Assembly (NCBI GenBank): GCA_045578805.1
Contig: JAZNKY010000057.1
Coordinates: 4,333 to 68,332 of the forward strand
Source of the DNA: Oscillospiraceae bacterium
Lineage (GTDB): Bacteria > Bacillota > Clostridia > Oscillospirales > Ruminococcaceae
Direction of reading: 5' to 3'
DNA length: 64,000 bases
Notes under the pieces: generated by a model
Database searches by the model: none
The model's input: only the letters and a program-made list of their open reading frames with translations
Told to the model about the DNA's origin: nothing
Shown: positions 63,689 to 64,000 of the stretch, piece by piece
How the letters are laid out: every line of letters starts with the position of its first letter
How positions within the stretch are numbered: the stretch's first letter is position 1
Program-made: the position numbers and the translations under genes

Positions 63689-64000
63689 TCAGTTCTTTTT
63701 CAGAAGGCCTTCCACTACGCCCCAGATGCGTTCCTCCGTATCGGCAACAGCAAGCGAGGCAGCATTCTGCGCCATGCTCTGGAGCTGTGCCCTGTCATTG
63801 TACAGCTTTTCAATGCGGGAGATCACATCCTCAGCGGTGACATCCTTCTGCTCGATGACAATGGCAGCACCTGCCTTGCCGAGAACATTGGCATTGTGGA
63901 ACTGGTGGTTGCCGGTCACGATCGGAGATGGGATGAGGATGGAGGGCTTGCCGAGTGCCTCCAGCTCTGCTAAAACGGATGCGCCGGAACGGCATACAAC
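63689..64000 (-). CDS. murG: MurG (undecaprenyldiphospho-muramoylpentapeptide beta-N-acetylglucosaminyltransferase), C-terminal part; continues past the right edge
   Basis: Own minus-strand translation from 64000: VVCRSGASVLAELEALGKPSILIPSPIVTGNHQFHNANVLGKAGAA... (MurG RxGA...E...G.P.I..P...HQ..NA block). The ORF-track start at 63919 is an internal codon. Confidence 0.85.
   Translation of the reverse strand, partial: VVCRSGASVLAELEALGKPSILIPSPIVTGNHQFHNANVLGKAGAAIVIEQKDVTAEDVISRIEKLYNDRAQLQSMAQNAASLAVADTEERIWGVVEGLLKKN

Overview
64-kb chromosomal window from a fairly high-G+C Firmicutes/Clostridia genome. A dockerin-bearing GH48 cellulase and a dockerin-bearing papain-like protease suggest a cellulosome-producing Ruminococcus-like organism (Oscillospiraceae); this is inference, no search was run. 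I call 61 protein-coding genes (two truncated by the window edges) and no rRNA, tRNA or CRISPR. Most genes are housekeeping. They include comEC-holA, alaS, a PBP, dtd, maf, ispE, recD2-comFC-mreB-comEA-like, split transketolase, rluD-lspA, and divIVA-ylmH-sepF-ylmE. They also include hfq-miaA-mutL-mutS-ymcA-miaB, rqcH, rlmA-nif3-trmK, and the dcw tail murG-murA-ftsQ-ftsZ. Accessory content is limited: GH48 divergent from a GldA/F/G-like ABC system, a dockerin protease, and a few visibly lower-G+C hypothetical genes fused onto housekeeping operons. No defence island, prophage or toxin-antitoxin pair is recognisable. The most unusual signals are non-coding or architectural. (1) A family of G+C-only hairpin-cluster repeats (three copies, two bracketing ymcA) each carries a four-run G-tract on the transcribed strand that competes with a hairpin. 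(2) A second MITE-like long-hairpin repeat family (two copies) has compensatory changes. (3) The ftsZ locus lacks ftsA between ftsQ and ftsZ. Downstream lies a DivIVA-N-like protein with 11-residue repeats whose promoter shares an exact 14-mer with the ftsZ promoter; that gene is followed by an orphan Fe-S hydro-lyase beta subunit and a SigH-like sigma factor. (4) alaS has a short promoter-hairpin-U-tract leader instead of a T-box. All family names come from motifs I can read in the translations plus remembered family knowledge.
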